From Takakia lepidozioides (taxonomy: Eukaryota > Plantae > Bryophyta), in contig CM060732.1 in assembly GCA_030704615.1 (NCBI GenBank), forward strand, positions 45,880,001-45,944,000: a DNA stretch of 64,000 bases. Reading direction: 5' to 3'. Positions within the stretch are counted from its first letter, which is position 1, and each line of letters opens with the position of its first letter. Both the position numbers and the translations under genes were made by a program. This document shows positions 49,526 through 62,690 of this stretch, in pieces. The notes under the pieces are model-generated. The model was not told the origin of the DNA, searched no databases, and saw only the letters and a program-made list of their open reading frames with translations.

Positions 49526-51090
49526 ATGACCTCAAGACACCCAGCTCAAGTATTTGTACAGAGGCCTTCAGGCAAGTTTGTTTCCCACACAGTTTCCATT
49601 TATAGATATTAACAGTTCTGTGGGATGATGAGTCCACTAAGGTTATTATTTTTGTTGCAATAAAGTAGATGCTGGGAAAGAGTTAGGGAGGAGTGCAGCT
49701 TGGGAGCTGTGAGGGTTTAGGGAAGGGTGTGAGTAGGTGGGCGTGGATGTGTAAGAAAAGGAGAGGGAGGGAGCGAGGGAGGGAGAATTTTTTTGACGAG
49801 TGGGGCTTCTTCTTGTGCAGAAGCTAGAGCTACGGTAGGTGAGGCTGGTGGGGAATGGCGTAGTTTTGTGCCACATGGCCGGCGCCAGTTTCGGTCTGTA
49901 GAAACCCCTGAATTTGACGACATTTCTGAGGAGTCTGTCACTAGGCGTAAGAGACGTGCCCTCTCTCATCCTTCAGCCACGCTGAATGCTGGGCCTGAGC
50001 AGTGGGAGATTGTTGCCAGCTATTGTGGCCAAGAAATTAAATCTAGCATTTTTGGTGCATTATTTCCCAGCCGGAGCTTTCCGCTGGATGCATCCAACTT
50101 CAACCAAGTTGATAGCCACCATTGGCTCTTGGATATGGATATATTTGTCGGTGAGTCTTCCTGTGTATGTAGGCACACTTGCTTCCAGCTTTTCTTCTGT
50201 TCCCAATTAAGGCTGTAGGACTTGTAGAGTGCATTAAGTTTGCGGTTCTAGGAAGGGTTTCAAAGGCCTGAATGATTAAGTGTCATGAATGTGAATCATG
50301 GTTTGGAACCAAAACCTGACATCTGTGGCTATGTTGTCTCTGTTTGTATTGAATTCTGATTCTGAATGTACCACTGTAAAATGTTGGGGTCCTTCGACAG
50401 AATTTGGATTCTCTATTGTCCTAGAGGCTATGATTAAGCATCTTTTATTCTCTCTCTAACCTCCAAGCAGTGAGTTAGGCCTGGTATTTCTTTTGTGTTC
50501 TGCTTGCTGTCTATTGTTTTTTGTCATTTCATAGAAGCTCCACTATCAAGTAGAAATACTTTCTGATGATTGCTCTCTTGCTAATTGACTTGTCCCACAT
50601 GGTATCTTGGTGGGCTTTACAAGCAGGTGAAGCGTATGACCAAGTTTCAGAAATGTGCATATATTTGTTCAACGAGGTTTCTTTACCACCTGAAAAAGCA
50701 GTAGCTGTGTATGTACAATCTCCTGGTTCTACCTTCCAGTACCGAGGTGCTGTTTACAGGTCATGCCCATCAGCTGTATTTGCACTGATGTGGCCGAATC
50801 CGATTGGTCAGATGCATTTAACTGGTTCGACATCCCTGCCTGTTACCGGGAAAATCGGAGTTGCCATAGAAGATTTGGCCACCCTGCCAGCACTTAATGT
50901 CGGACAGCACCGGGAGATTGAAGCTTTGGCCATGAATGTGGGGCGCAATCTGTTCAACTTTATGCAGTCGTTCTGTAATGTCCAGGGTAACCAGCTTGTA
51001 GTGCCACGAGACGTCTTTGAGCAGTGGTTCAAAAAGTTTGAGGAGAGATCCAAACGAGATCCTGAGTATTTGAAGCATTTCTTATCTTAA
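49526..51090 (+). CDS. OPI10: OPI10/Hikeshi-like (DUF775) protein; 5' structure tentative (exons 49526-49571, 49821-50150, 50627-51090)
   Basis: FGALFPSRSFPLD..HWLLDMDIFVG|EAYDQV..LPPEKAVAVYVQSPGS..NLFNFMQSFC..WFKKFEERSKRDPEYLK. The usual start Met position is ATT; the upstream exon is inferred through a GC-AG intron. Core call is confident, start is not. Confidence 0.75.
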
Positions 51091-53511
51091 ATTTTGTACA
51101 GTGCATAGTGAATCTTTGCAATTCACCTTAGACCTCAGCTGGACATTTACTGTGTCTCCTACACAGCAGTTTTCCTTTGCTCCACAATGGGGAAGCCTAG
51201 GGATCAGACACCAATCAGTGGTGTCACCTCCCCACCTCTGTATTTTGTTCAGTAATAGAACACGACTATTTTTGAATGGGATGCCTACTTGCAAAGTGAC
51301 AAGTCCCCATAGAGGTGACCATGGGCTGTAAGTGCGGTTTCTGATACACACCTTTTATCACTCACATCAAGATAGCCTCTTGATGGCAGCAGCTTGTAGG
51401 TCCCTTCTGAAAGGGAAATGCTTCCAAGAGGTTGGGGTATTTTCGGCTCCTACTAAACTATTGCTTGAAGGAAGTTCCACCAATGGAGCCTGTGGGGTGT
51501 GACTGCCCTTGTATTTGACAGCAGTTTGTTCTGATGAAGTTGACAAAAATGTGACGCAATCGCCGAAGTACTTTTGAACCAAAACAAGTTTGGCCTGGAC
51601 AAGTTGTACTTGGAGCATTCCGCAGGGGTTTGTAGTCGAAGATGTAGTTTTTTCTTCGTGCTCATGAATTATAGTCTACAAATAATTCATGAAATTGATT
51701 CCAAGAGTGATTCTCTCATTGAGCGTTGTATAAGTTTCTTTGAAAGTCAAATCTTCTTGCGGATCTCATTTTTGCTTCTCCGGTCTCCGCTACAATTGGT
51801 AGCATGACATTGAGCAGCACCGTCGGAAGAGTACATCATGGATAGAGAGAAGACTTGAAGACTTCGGCCAAAGCTGGGTAACTAAGAGCCACTTCATCAT
51901 ACGACTACGGGGCTGGGCCTTATTGCACCATGAATTCATTGATCAAGGAGATGATTTAATTAATCCAGAATGCCGGGCCGTGTAGCTGTTTTCTTTCTAA
52001 TCCAGCAAGTTGTGTAACTAAAGACAATATCATTGGATGACCAAACTCTTGTTGTATTATCCCCATTGTGACCATCCATATGTCACATGATACGAACATT
52101 GCTTTCTCCCAATCGTGTTGAGTGGATCCTCCACTACTATCCCATGTTGTCCCCAGAGTGATTTGCCCCCATATCCTATTCTCATCATTCCCTCCCATCC
52201 ATGGTCTATTCTCTCCTCCAAGAAATGCTTCATCGTCTGCCCCCTTAATGATCAAATCTTTGTAATATGGCCTTATACCCCCCGCTAATATACCCACTAC
52301 CCCCTTAATTCGCACCAAGGGGTATAAGGGTTAACACTTGCACCTTTATCCCTCCCTCTAGTCAAAAGTTTTGCCCAACATCTATTCTACTTAACCCAAT
52401 ACATGTTCACACCATGTGGTAAATGTAAACATAACTAGCGTTGAGTTATTCCACCCTCCATACCCATTTTGGGTAGCGGCATTGAATTCAAGGCCCTAGG
52501 GTTCAGGAGACAAAGAGTTGGTCTCATGGTCGCACTGGACACACAACGTCAAAGACACCATTCAGACAATATTAGAACCAAGTGCATAATCGGGAACACA
52601 TTTCTTGGGACCATACGCATGTGAATGAAAATGGTGAAGTTATACCCTCGGTGCGTAGGGGGGTTTGAGTAGTCGAGTCCACCCCCACATACCCCATACA
52701 CACCCCCAATGCGAATCTAAGATTTTTTTTAATATTAAAGAATACAGGGGATAACACTGCTCCCAATCTTTACCCCGCTGCCAAATCAAATTTTGGGATA
52801 AGCCTAATCCCCAGTCAAAACAGTAGTACCTAGGCAAGATAACAAATATTCGGCTTTGATCCCTCATATAACCCCAGTGCAAACAGACCTTTAGTGATCC
52901 TTTTTTTCATACGTTATCTCACCAGAGTGTACGCTCAATGTTAACCATCTATTTGTTACATTTTTCATACTCCCTAATATTCTACAAAGGCTAAGTGTTA
53001 TTTGTTCTGTTTTACATGGTCATACTTCCTTTACTAAGTGGCCCTCAATAAGTGTTATTTCTAGTGTTGTGCGGGTCCGAGTTTTGACCTCGGGTATCCG
53101 ACGGGTTATGGTCCGCACCTGAACCGGTGTCAGCACCAAAAACCCGGTCTGTGACCCCGGGTTCAATTCTAAATTGGACCCGGAACTGCCTGTTCATAAT
53201 CATTAATGTACTGCATTAATGATCACATACTTAACTTAGGTTCAACAAAGCTAGGTTAGGTCCCGAAGGCACCGCTTACCTCTAGAGTGCTGCTACTACG
53301 AGTTCATAAATTCAGTGTTATATACATTTATAAGTTTTGTGTTTTATAAATTTAGATCCAAAGGTTAGAAAATAATTTAGTCATATAGTTAAGAAAATCA
53401 TGCTCTAGATATTATTTAATGCGAAGCTTATATTGGTCGTACTATTGGAAAGTTTTACTTAAAATCGTCCACTCTAAATTGATTAGAAATTAGCTTCAGT
53501 ATACAAAGAAT

Positions 53512-53537
53512 TATATATATATATATATATATATATA
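53512..53537. repeat. (TA)n microsatellite in AT-rich tract
   Basis: 13 TA units. Confidence 0.9.
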
Positions 53538-54071
53538 GGAGATGTCCTATTTTAAATATTATATGTTAGGCAAACAACAATTTTTTCTAGTTGTTCAAGA
53601 ATTTATTACAGCTAATACCAAATTTTATTTTATTTTAATTTTCAATATTTATTTATTTATTTATATTTATGTTTATGTTTATATTTATATATTATTTTAC
53701 AATATATATTTATTACTATTATTAATATACATTAATTTATTTTAGTGAATAGTGGACAACAAATAAACCATCATTAGAAACTCAATTAACACTCGCTTCT
53801 CATTGTTGAATAATTGGAAGTTTAAGGCTCACGTGTGAGCCAAGCAGCGGGCCATGCACGGACGTCGGGGGCCCCGGGTGGCCCCGCCGCGACCCATGAC
53901 CTGGCCCGGGTGGGTCTGCCATGAGCATGGGTCTACCGCCAGGTATGGTCCGCTGCGAGACTCAGCCCAGGTAGGTCTGCCCCGAGGTATACTCTGCCGC
54001 GAGGTAGGGTGACCCTATGCAGCATTGGGGCTGACTACGGCTGTTTTGTAGATTAAGACATAAAAAAAATG

Positions 54072-54592
54072 TGTCGTGCATCTAAGCATCGTGCCACAAC
54101 ATACATCGTTGTCCAACCACACTTCCTAGCATATAGTCCTAGAAAGCCACGCCACAATGATACGGAAATGGTGAAAAGAGGAGAAACCACTCTATCACGT
54201 TATATAAGTCAAGCCAATGGCACCTTTGCTAAAGGACTCCACCATACAGACCTCACCCACTCTCCATCTCAAGTACTAGAGCTATGGCGGCGAGAGAGGC
54301 CTCGGGATGCTCGACTAGAAGAAGACGAGCATGCCTACGTCTCACGTGGAGATAACCTCCCCACGTCCCAAGTGAGGTTCGTCACCTCACTTGGCACATG
54401 GAACCAAATGACGTCCCAATGCCAACAAAATACAAATATAAATGTATAATGTCCTAATTAGCTAGAAATAACTATTTCTAACGAATCACAAACAAAACCA
54501 TGACAGCTGTCGTGCACCTAAGCATCGTGCCACAACATACATCGCTGTCCAACCACACTTCCTAGCATATAGTCCTAGAAAGCCACGCCACA
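54072..54592 (-). repeat. 3' terminal repeat block B1(54508-54592)-GC-A2(54158-54505)-B2(54072-54156)
   Basis: B1 and B2 are 85-bp direct repeats (2 substitutions seen); A2 is a direct repeat of A1 (63500-63762) with 85 extra bp (54286-54370). Confidence 0.92.
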
Positions 54593-54859
54593 ATCGCCCC
54601 CCTAGCTGGTGATTAGGTCCCTCTAACACCGGATTGCTTGCAAGTATCCACCCCAATAAGATCATCGTTTGGTCTTCAATCGCACAAGTCCCAACACCTG
54701 AAGTCGATAGATCAAGAGGTCGGGTGCAAATGTAGCCCCATCGTTAGTCGCCTTTATGCAATCCATGATCTTCATTTGAGTATCCACGGCATTGAAACCC
54801 CACTAGCTAGACCTTGGATCACTTGTCCGCCTCACCATTGTCATGCCCACTACCTCTGT

Positions 54860-56942
54860 CCAAGGCATCATGGACACAACCATTCTCCGATAGGAACCTC
54901 CTCAAGTGGCGGTGTCAAGCATCCCGTGTGCCACCCCTTGAGCATTTGTCACACACCAACATGGTTGCGGCGCCACCAGCATGCCCACATAGCATGCAAC
55001 GCAACCCTGTAGGTACCACTGCAAGGTTGGGATCTATCATCTCATCCACATGTGGAAGGTGACATGGCGCACAATTGCGCTTGTTGTGTTGGATGAGGCA
55101 CAATCCTCACTCGTCCATCCTCCCATACCCGGAGTAGGTGAGTCCCCTCCCACTTGAACCTCTTGGCTCGTTGTAGGACCCGATATCTCTCCTTAGCAGT
55201 CACACTGGCTGCTGTCTCTCCGGTACGAAGGTATGCCAACACCGCTGCATCTTCATGCACATCCTTAGCACCACCAAACTCCTCACTAGTCTCTGGATCG
55301 TCATGCACGCTATCTACATGACCAATCGCATGGGATAGACCAGCTTGAGCTCCCATTGCTAGAATGCACAAAAAGGCCGATGCATGTCATCATGGCACCA
55401 TCTCCTCATCCGTCTCACCATGCCACCGAGCTCCAATATCATCATGCTCGCTCGTGCATGGATTACGACTCAATCTATCTATATCCCGATTGACAATATC
55501 GGCTCGATGCACCACCTGAAAGTCGTACTCTTGAAGCATAAGTGCCACCGTGCAAGCTTCCATGTAAGCTTGTCTGACTCCATCAACCACTTCAATGGTT
55601 GGTGATCCGTGACAAGGGTGAAGAGATTGCCATAGAGGTAGCATCTGAAATGTGCCACTGCCCATACCGCAGCTAGACACTCCCCTTCATAGGAACTATA
55701 CTTTGCCTCGGCATCATTGTTCGAGCGGCTAGCATATGCCACTACGAACTCTCTTCCCTCATCATCCACATGTGTGAGCACTGCTCCAATCCCCAGCATA
55801 CTCCAATCCATATATAGCTGGAAATGCCGCCTCCGAATAGGCCGCCTCAGAATAGGTGCAGAAGTCAATCGAGCCATGAGTTCCTCAAATGCTTCCTCCT
55901 ACTCCTCCTTCCACTGCCACTCCTGATCCACCTTGGTCAACTTGGTAAGAGCCTTTGCAATGCTATTAAATCCCTTGACAAACCGTCAATAGTAGTTTGC
56001 CAATTCCATGAAAGCACGAACTCTGCTCACATCCATGGGACGTGGAATGCATGCAATGGCCTCCACCTTTGTCTGTTGAATACCCAATCCTCCAGGGTAT
56101 ATTATGTGGCCCAGTTACTCAATCTGATTATGGAAGAACTTGCACTTAAGGGGTGTAGTTTCAACCCGTGCGCTCTCAAGCGCTCAAACACCACCTGAAG
56201 GTGTCTCTTATGCTCCTCAACCGTAGCACTAAAGACGATGATGTCATCAATGTAGCACCGGGCGAAGTCTAGCCCCGCGAGAATCCTATCCATGACCCTT
56301 TGAAACTCTGCAGGAGCATTCTTCAACCCAAACGGTAAGAACCGCCATTGGTACAAACAATCCTTCCCATGTTGGTCAATCCCCCAGAATGCCGTCTTTT
56401 GCTTGTCAGCCTCTTTGATTGGGCAACTGGTGGTAACCGGATCGCAAGTCCAATGTGCTAAACACCTTTGCATGCCCAATGGCATCAAAGATCTCCTCTG
56501 GAGTTGGCATGGCATATCTATCGGACTTAGTCTGACGGTTCACAGGACGATAGTCCCCACACATCCTTCTTTCTGTCCAATTGCCATAGATATCCTTCTT
56601 AGCTGGCATCACCGTTGCCGAGGCATACTCCCCGTCTGACAATTCCACCAATCCAGCTTCAAACAACTTCATAGTCCGTGACTGGATCAATGACTTCTCC
56701 ATGTCACTATACCGGTAGGGCCTTCGAAAGATTGGCGTGTCACTTGCCAAATCAATACGAATCTCCTGACCCTTCAAACTCCCCAAATCCTTCAAACCGA
56801 AGGCAAAGCAATTTCTATAAGCCCTTAGAAATCGCTTGATCCTCCGTCTCTCTCCTCCGGTGACTGTAGGTCCAACATCTGGTTCCCAATTGTCCTCATT
56901 GACTGCAACCTTGGGTACACCAGGCTTGGAGGTAGGAGACAA
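54860..56942 (-). pseudogene. Gypsy copy B: RT, RNaseH, truncated integrase and PHD (frameshifted)
   Basis: [37 protein letters not shown]; DWSMLGIGAVL, ECLAAVW, TDHQPL; jump from VRIVPHPTQ to RNCAPCH at ~55080; PHD CMLC..MLVCDKCSRG. Confidence 0.9.
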
Positions 56943-57309
56943 ATCCTTTGGTTGCTAGATAGCAACCTCTTAGGCCTTGTCCGCCCAATCTGACTGTGGC
57001 GTAGCCTCCACTTGCTCCGCCATAGCCACCTTGAGAACATCCTCTGAGCAAGAAACATTCTCAGCCTCTTCAAAAACCTTGGCCACCTTGGCCTCCAACT
57101 GATCCTCAGTCCATGGCTCTCCCCACTCCTCATATTGCTGCTTGAGAGATCCAATGACTCTCTCTTTGCGCATCTTATCCCACATCTGCCATGGGTGTTT
57201 GCAACCCACGATCATGTGCTCGCCCCCACTCATTGCCTCAACCGTCCCGGTTGGCAGAGAGGATGCACCATCCAATGGGAGTGTAGAGCAGTCATCAATG
57301 CTTGCAATC

Positions 57310-58290
57310 TCCGTTGCTCAGCCATGCACAAGCCAATTATCCATGTCAAGCAATTTAAATCCATTGCTTGACCCAACACTTGGCGGCGTGATGCCTCTGA
57401 CAGAGCAAGCACATCTGTAGTGCCAGTGGCAAATCCCATTGCTCGCTCTCGCTCATCCGCATTGGGCTCCACCAATTGCTATAGCACACTGTCCCAAATC
57501 AATCCAGGACCATTGTCTCGGAAAGCATGAGACAAAGGAAAGCTCATGAGCGTAGGCAAGGCCGCACGTGGCTGCCCCACTCGATTGACCACTGCTAGAG
57601 GTAGACGATCATCATGTCGCACTCTCTGTGGTTGCCTCCCTTGGTCCAAAATGCGCTCAACCGTGAGATTGGGTGGCCGTTGAATGGAATCGTATGCTCT
57701 CTTGAGCAGCTCTGGTGGTGCAAGATTGGTCCACCACAATCGAGGTCGATGTGCGCGTGATCCCACCGCTGCTGCATCCAATAGCACCGCCAATCCAATC
57801 CAAGACCGTACCTGATGCACACTGGCCATAACCCTGGCCCGAGAATCCCCCATAAGAAGAACATTCTCCAAGATATAGCCTAGAGGTTGCACTTGCCTCG
57901 TCTGCAAGTTCCGCACCACTCGCAACATCTCCCAAAATAAATGTGATCGTGCATCATGCAAGCCATTCCCATGACATGTGGGAGAGTGTCCTTGGCAAGG
58001 CCATCCGGCTATCACCAAGTCAATGGAACCATGCCGATCCAAATCGTCTGCCCCCAACAAGGTAATGTCTGCTGGCAAAGCCTTTTGATACCCTTGAATT
58101 GCTGAGAGAGACAACAACTCAGGATACTGGTGTGCGAGCAAGGCAATGTGGTGCATAGAAATACGCCGAGTTATCTCATCCTTCTCTACATACAAGTCCT
58201 TGCGTACTTTAATCCCTGCTTGCAACAAACCTGCAAGCCCAGTGCTCATGTCTCCAAATAGATCTAGCAAGCAAATCTCTGAGTCAGGTG
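57310..58290 (-). pseudogene. DNMT3-like C5-cytosine methyltransferase domain, copy B (one premature stop at 57479-57481)
   Basis: CLLDLFGDMSTG, LYVEKD, DLVIAGWPCQGHS, YILENV, AHRPRLWWTN, ERERAMGFATGTT, RRQVLGQAMDLNCL; in frame with the protease C-terminal part (ORF 57479-58942). Confidence 0.9.
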
Positions 58291-58847
58291 GTTGCCAGGT
58301 AATGGGCACCGTGTCCAAAAGAGCTAACTTAGGAGGTCCAGGTGATGTCACTGAACTCCCTTCACTCATCAATGGAAAGGCCTCCTGCCATGCTTGGTGC
58401 ACACACTCGCCTGCTACTCGATGCAAATTCCCAACCGTACCCCACAGTGGAATATGCACAGGCACATGAGGAAGCAAATCAGCCTTGTATACCAATTGTT
58501 TGTCCTCATTAGGTGATGGCCTATCATCTGCATGGCTATTGCCCTCCAAGAGCTCACCACCCCAAGCCACTACCCCTGAAAATGCAGCCAATGTGGACAT
58601 CATGTTCCTATGATCCACCGCTACATTCCCAATAAACCGCATTGGGAGCAGTGCATGTCGGCCATCTCCTGACTGCCATTCCGGCCTGTAGGATGTCGTT
58701 TCCTCCCAAAAGTCCAAAGTGAATCCCATGGGGTATAACACCGCCCCACCAACAAGCGCATCATAAGACATCGCGTCCGTAACAATGGCTTTAGCTCTCA
58801 TGACTGAGCCGTCCGTAGGATGATCCGGCTGCAATCGAATGAAGAGC

Positions 58848-61185
58848 TCATGGCGTGTAATCCCTCGTGCCTTCTCTGAACCTTCCAAAGATGTTTGAAT
58901 TTGGAAAGGGCAAAGCTCCAAATCTGTCTCTGTAAGGCCCAAGCTCTGCTCTTCCCAGCATCAATGGCTGTGCTCCCGAGTCCAACAAGACCCGTAGTGG
59001 CCTATACCTCCTCCCAGCTGGGCCACCCAACTGAAACACATCATCCTGATTGTCCACCAAGACTACCCCAGGAGTCACCATACTACGCTCAATGGCTGGT
59101 TTAGCTGGCAATTCCTGCAACCTTGCAACTGCTGTTTGCCATGGTGCAGCTGTGGCTGTCTTCACCCTTGAGTCCAGGGCATCCATGCACTGCACATTAT
59201 CCGCTATCCCCGTAGATAGTGCCGATGCATCACCACTCTCACAGAGTCTAGTTGCTAGTCTGAACACAGCAGTTGGCCGAATCCCCGGCATTGCAATGGT
59301 CATTGCAGAAAACAATGGAGCTTGGCAAATAGCCGTAGCCGCCCCCAACAATGTACTGGCTGCACCTTGCTTTGTAGCACCACCCACTGGAATTTCCCGA
59401 GCCATACCAACTCTCCCCACTGGCACTCGTGACTCTACCTCTGACACACTGGGGCGAGTGGGTACCATCGATGGCGTAGTTGGCACTGTCTCAGCCAATG
59501 TGAAAGACTGTGGAAGCCTTGTCTGTCGACTTGCTCTCCCCTTTTGTGGATCAAAATCCACATCCCCTCCTCTTGGCTCAGGAGCACGAGTTGCTGCTCG
59601 AGTGACAGTAGCTGCAGAGTTCATATGCAATGGTCCTGCGAGTGCGGCTCCACACACGAAGCCCATACCAATCTGGTATTCCCTAAGGCATAGGAGGTTG
59701 TGTAGGTGGGGCTTGAACCTCAGGCCTTGGAGCTGGCGCAACATGAGTAGTGGCCATGGTAGCAAGACGTTGCTCTAGCTGGGCAAGTCTATCCACCATG
59801 CCTTGGTCATGACCTTGACCTTGACCTTGTGCTCCTTGGTTTTGGTTACGACCTCCACCGCAACCTCTGCCTCCTCTACCTCTCTGGACTACATTGCCTC
59901 GTCCTCGGCCACCATTGTTCCCTTGGAACTGGCCTGGCCGTAGCTCAGGATGCAAGTCATAACAATGGGCCTCCTCATGCCCATACTTGCTACAATGCCC
60001 ACACTGTAGTTGTATAGGCTGTGCCTGTGCCGACCCTTTGCCTCTCTCCGGGCAATCTCTCTTAACATGGGGTCCTCCACAATCCCAACATGTCACACCT
60101 GACTGCTATTGGCCTGAGAATGAAGGAAGTGACCTCTGCAATTGAGATTCTTTCTGTCATTCCCTGGGCTTCGCCTGAGCCCCTTTGTTGCCTTGAGCAC
60201 ATTGGGGTAGTGGTTGTTGTTGGCTAGGAGCCCCACTTCGTTGTGTCTCCTTACCAAATCCCACCATGATCACTTGCTCCTCCACCATATTGAGCTTTAT
60301 CCGCTCTGCCAGCCAAAACACGTTTGCTAAGGTAGGTTGGTCCACTTGTCGGAGAGTTGCATCCCGCACCCTTCTCCTTAGCTCCTTGTCCAATATCCCA
60401 TACCAGAATTGGACTGCTTGAGCTTCCGTAACCCCTTGGGTTACATTTATCAATCGCCTCATGCGCGTGTAAGCCTCTCTCAAACTCTCAGTAGGCTTGC
60501 GCTGGAACTCTTGCAAGCTCCGCAATTTCTCCGTCCTTATTCCCTGGTAGTTTCTCCTCAAGTCCTCGAAGAACTCCACAACTGGGTTAAAGGCAGGCAC
60601 GGGTGCTGGTGCTACAGCAGGAGCTTGAGTGGATTTCCCAGCTCCATCTTTACCTGTCCCACTACTAGTGCTTGCAGTTGGGGATGTTGGTATAGCTGCT
60701 GGTGTCGCCACTGCCCTTGTGCCTCTAGTGATGGAGATATAGTCAGGTGACCAATATTGTCGCCACTCCTCAATCTCCACCTCATTTCCCCGTCTAAACT
60801 CATGGTAGTCATCCACAGGCGGCCCCTCAAGGTGCTGAAACAGCCTCTTCCACGCCATAAAAAACGTAAACAGTTGTGGATTGTGCATCTGCTGCAAATC
60901 ACACCAACTATCAAACTCTTGTATGAAATCATCAAGCTCGATGGTGCCCACAGCTCCCGAGTACCGACGTGGCCCCTTGGTAGCTCCATACATTTCCTCC
61001 ATCGTATCCCACAACAATGGCACGGAAATGGCTTGCACCCTCGGCGAGATTCCTCCTAACTCTGAGTCTGAACCTTCCTCAGAAGACACTGAAGGTGAAG
61101 GTGGCCTAAACCACACACCTCGTCTTGTATACCCACTAGTATCGCTGGTGCTCGTACCGGCACTCTCCTCAGCAACTGGTGGCAC
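58848..61185 (-). pseudogene. Gypsy copy B: gag, two zinc knuckles and aspartic protease (frameshifted)
   Basis: Gag-like ELDDFIQEFDSW..FQRKPTESLREAYTRM; CWDCGGPHVKRDC and CGHCSKYGHEEAHC; VLLDSGAQ. Confidence 0.85.
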
Positions 61186-61959
61186 CTCCGTGATGAAAAC
61201 TCACACTCAAACCAGCTATCAACTTGTTTATAATCCCCCTTTCCACAAGGTAACCGGATAGAGAACCTATTGCGGCTTATGGTTTGGAATACTAGGTTCC
61301 TAACCTGAACCTGCACCTGCACATGCATCCACCGCAAGCACTCCTATGGTCTGCTGGTCATCAACCCAGCCTCACCATATAAGAAACAATGATGGTATGC
61401 TGGTCATCACCCCAGCCTCACCACTGACAACATGCTCTAGGGTTGACCGGCCACAATATTTCCGGCACAACCACCTATAAAAGTAAGCGCCCAAACCAAA
61501 CTAGCATGGCGCACAGTCAAGCATGCATGTGTGGGAAGAGGATCCAAACACAGGAAACTCAAACAACAACACCTCCCACACCTTAAATCAATCGATCTCC
61601 TTGCGGTTCCAATAAACCTGCAAGATGGTCAAGTCTCTATCCAAACTAGCTTTGTCTCCGCTTACGGAAAAGCTTTGGCCTACAAGAATGATGGAAGACT
61701 ATAGAGAATGGAAGCTAAAGCAATCTCTAAGCCCATAATGCTCTCATCCCATTACTCCCCCTATCTTCACACTCACTCTTGCTCAAGCAATAGATAAAAC
61801 TATCCTTAAAGAACCTCTCAAATAACTCTCAAGAGCCCTCAAATTATTGCCATGAACTTCTGAAATCTGCCCTCAATCAGCCCCTCACATAGACCCACCG
61901 AGGTTCAAGAAGTTTGCAAACTTGGACTCCAAACAGTCCACCAAAAAGCCCTAGGCGCT

Positions 61960-62420
61960 CGCCAATTAGTGGCCTCCAAGGTCTCCAACCAGCCCTCACA
62001 ATGGCTCCACAAGCCTGCCCAATATGGCCTCCAAGGACCTCCTAGAGTCCTCCAAACAACCCTTAAGAAGCTCCACAAATCTGCCAAGTATTGGCCTCCA
62101 AGGACCTCCAACAGTCCTCCAACAACCTGTAAGAAGCTCCTCAAATCTGCCAAGTATTGGCCTCCAAGGACCTCCAACAGTCCTCCAACAACCCTTAAGA
62201 AGCTCCTCAAATCTGCCAAGTATTGGCCTCCAAGGACCTCCAATCGTCCTCCAACCAGCCCTCACAATGCTCCACAAGCCTGCAAAACATTGGCCTCAAA
62301 GGACCCCAAATAGTCATTCAAACAGCCCCAAGCAGGCTCCACAAGCCTGCAAGATATTAGCTTCAATAGACCCCAAATAGTCCTCAAAGCAATAGCCCCA
62401 ATAGACCTAGTATTGGCCCC
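61960..62420. repeat. 66-bp tandem repeat in the 5' leader of Gypsy copy B
   Basis: Unit tattggcctccaaggacctccaacagtcctccaacaacccttaagaagctcctcaaatctgccaag starting at 62089, 62155, 62221, plus degenerate flanking units. Confidence 0.9.
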
Positions 62421-62484
62421 AATACCCCAAATAGTCCTCAAACAAGCCCCCAGAAGGCTCCAAAAGTATCCACAGTCAGTCGTT

Positions 62485-62690
62485 TTTTCATCCGTCACTG
62501 CCAAATCTCATCCAAAACCGCGATTTCTCATCCGCAGGTCCGATATTTCATCCACCACGATAGTTCATCCGTCGGTGCGATATTTCATCCGCTGGCAAAG
62601 TTTCATCCGTCGCCGTGATTTTTCATCCGATGGCACGATAGTTCATCCGCTGCAACCGATTCTCATCCAGGAGAGCCGATTTTCATCCAC
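62485..62690. repeat. Array of TTCATCCG-like motifs in the leader of Gypsy copy B
   Basis: About 11 t(t/c)tcatcc(g/a) motifs spaced 14-22 bp apart. Confidence 0.75.

Noticed and set aside
47837-51925. Inverted similarity at 47837-47877 and 51857-51896 as TIRs of a Pack-type element capturing the OPI10-like gene
   Set aside because: Short, diverged and without a TSD; better explained as two SINE-like fragments in opposite orientation.
59050-59778. 242-aa + strand ORF (and similar antisense ORFs such as 10751-11476)
   Set aside because: Antisense shadows of TE coding sequence with no recognisable motifs.
61905-62380. Repetitive ORFs on both strands as protein-coding genes
   Set aside because: Explained by the 66-bp tandem repeat; no independent coding evidence.
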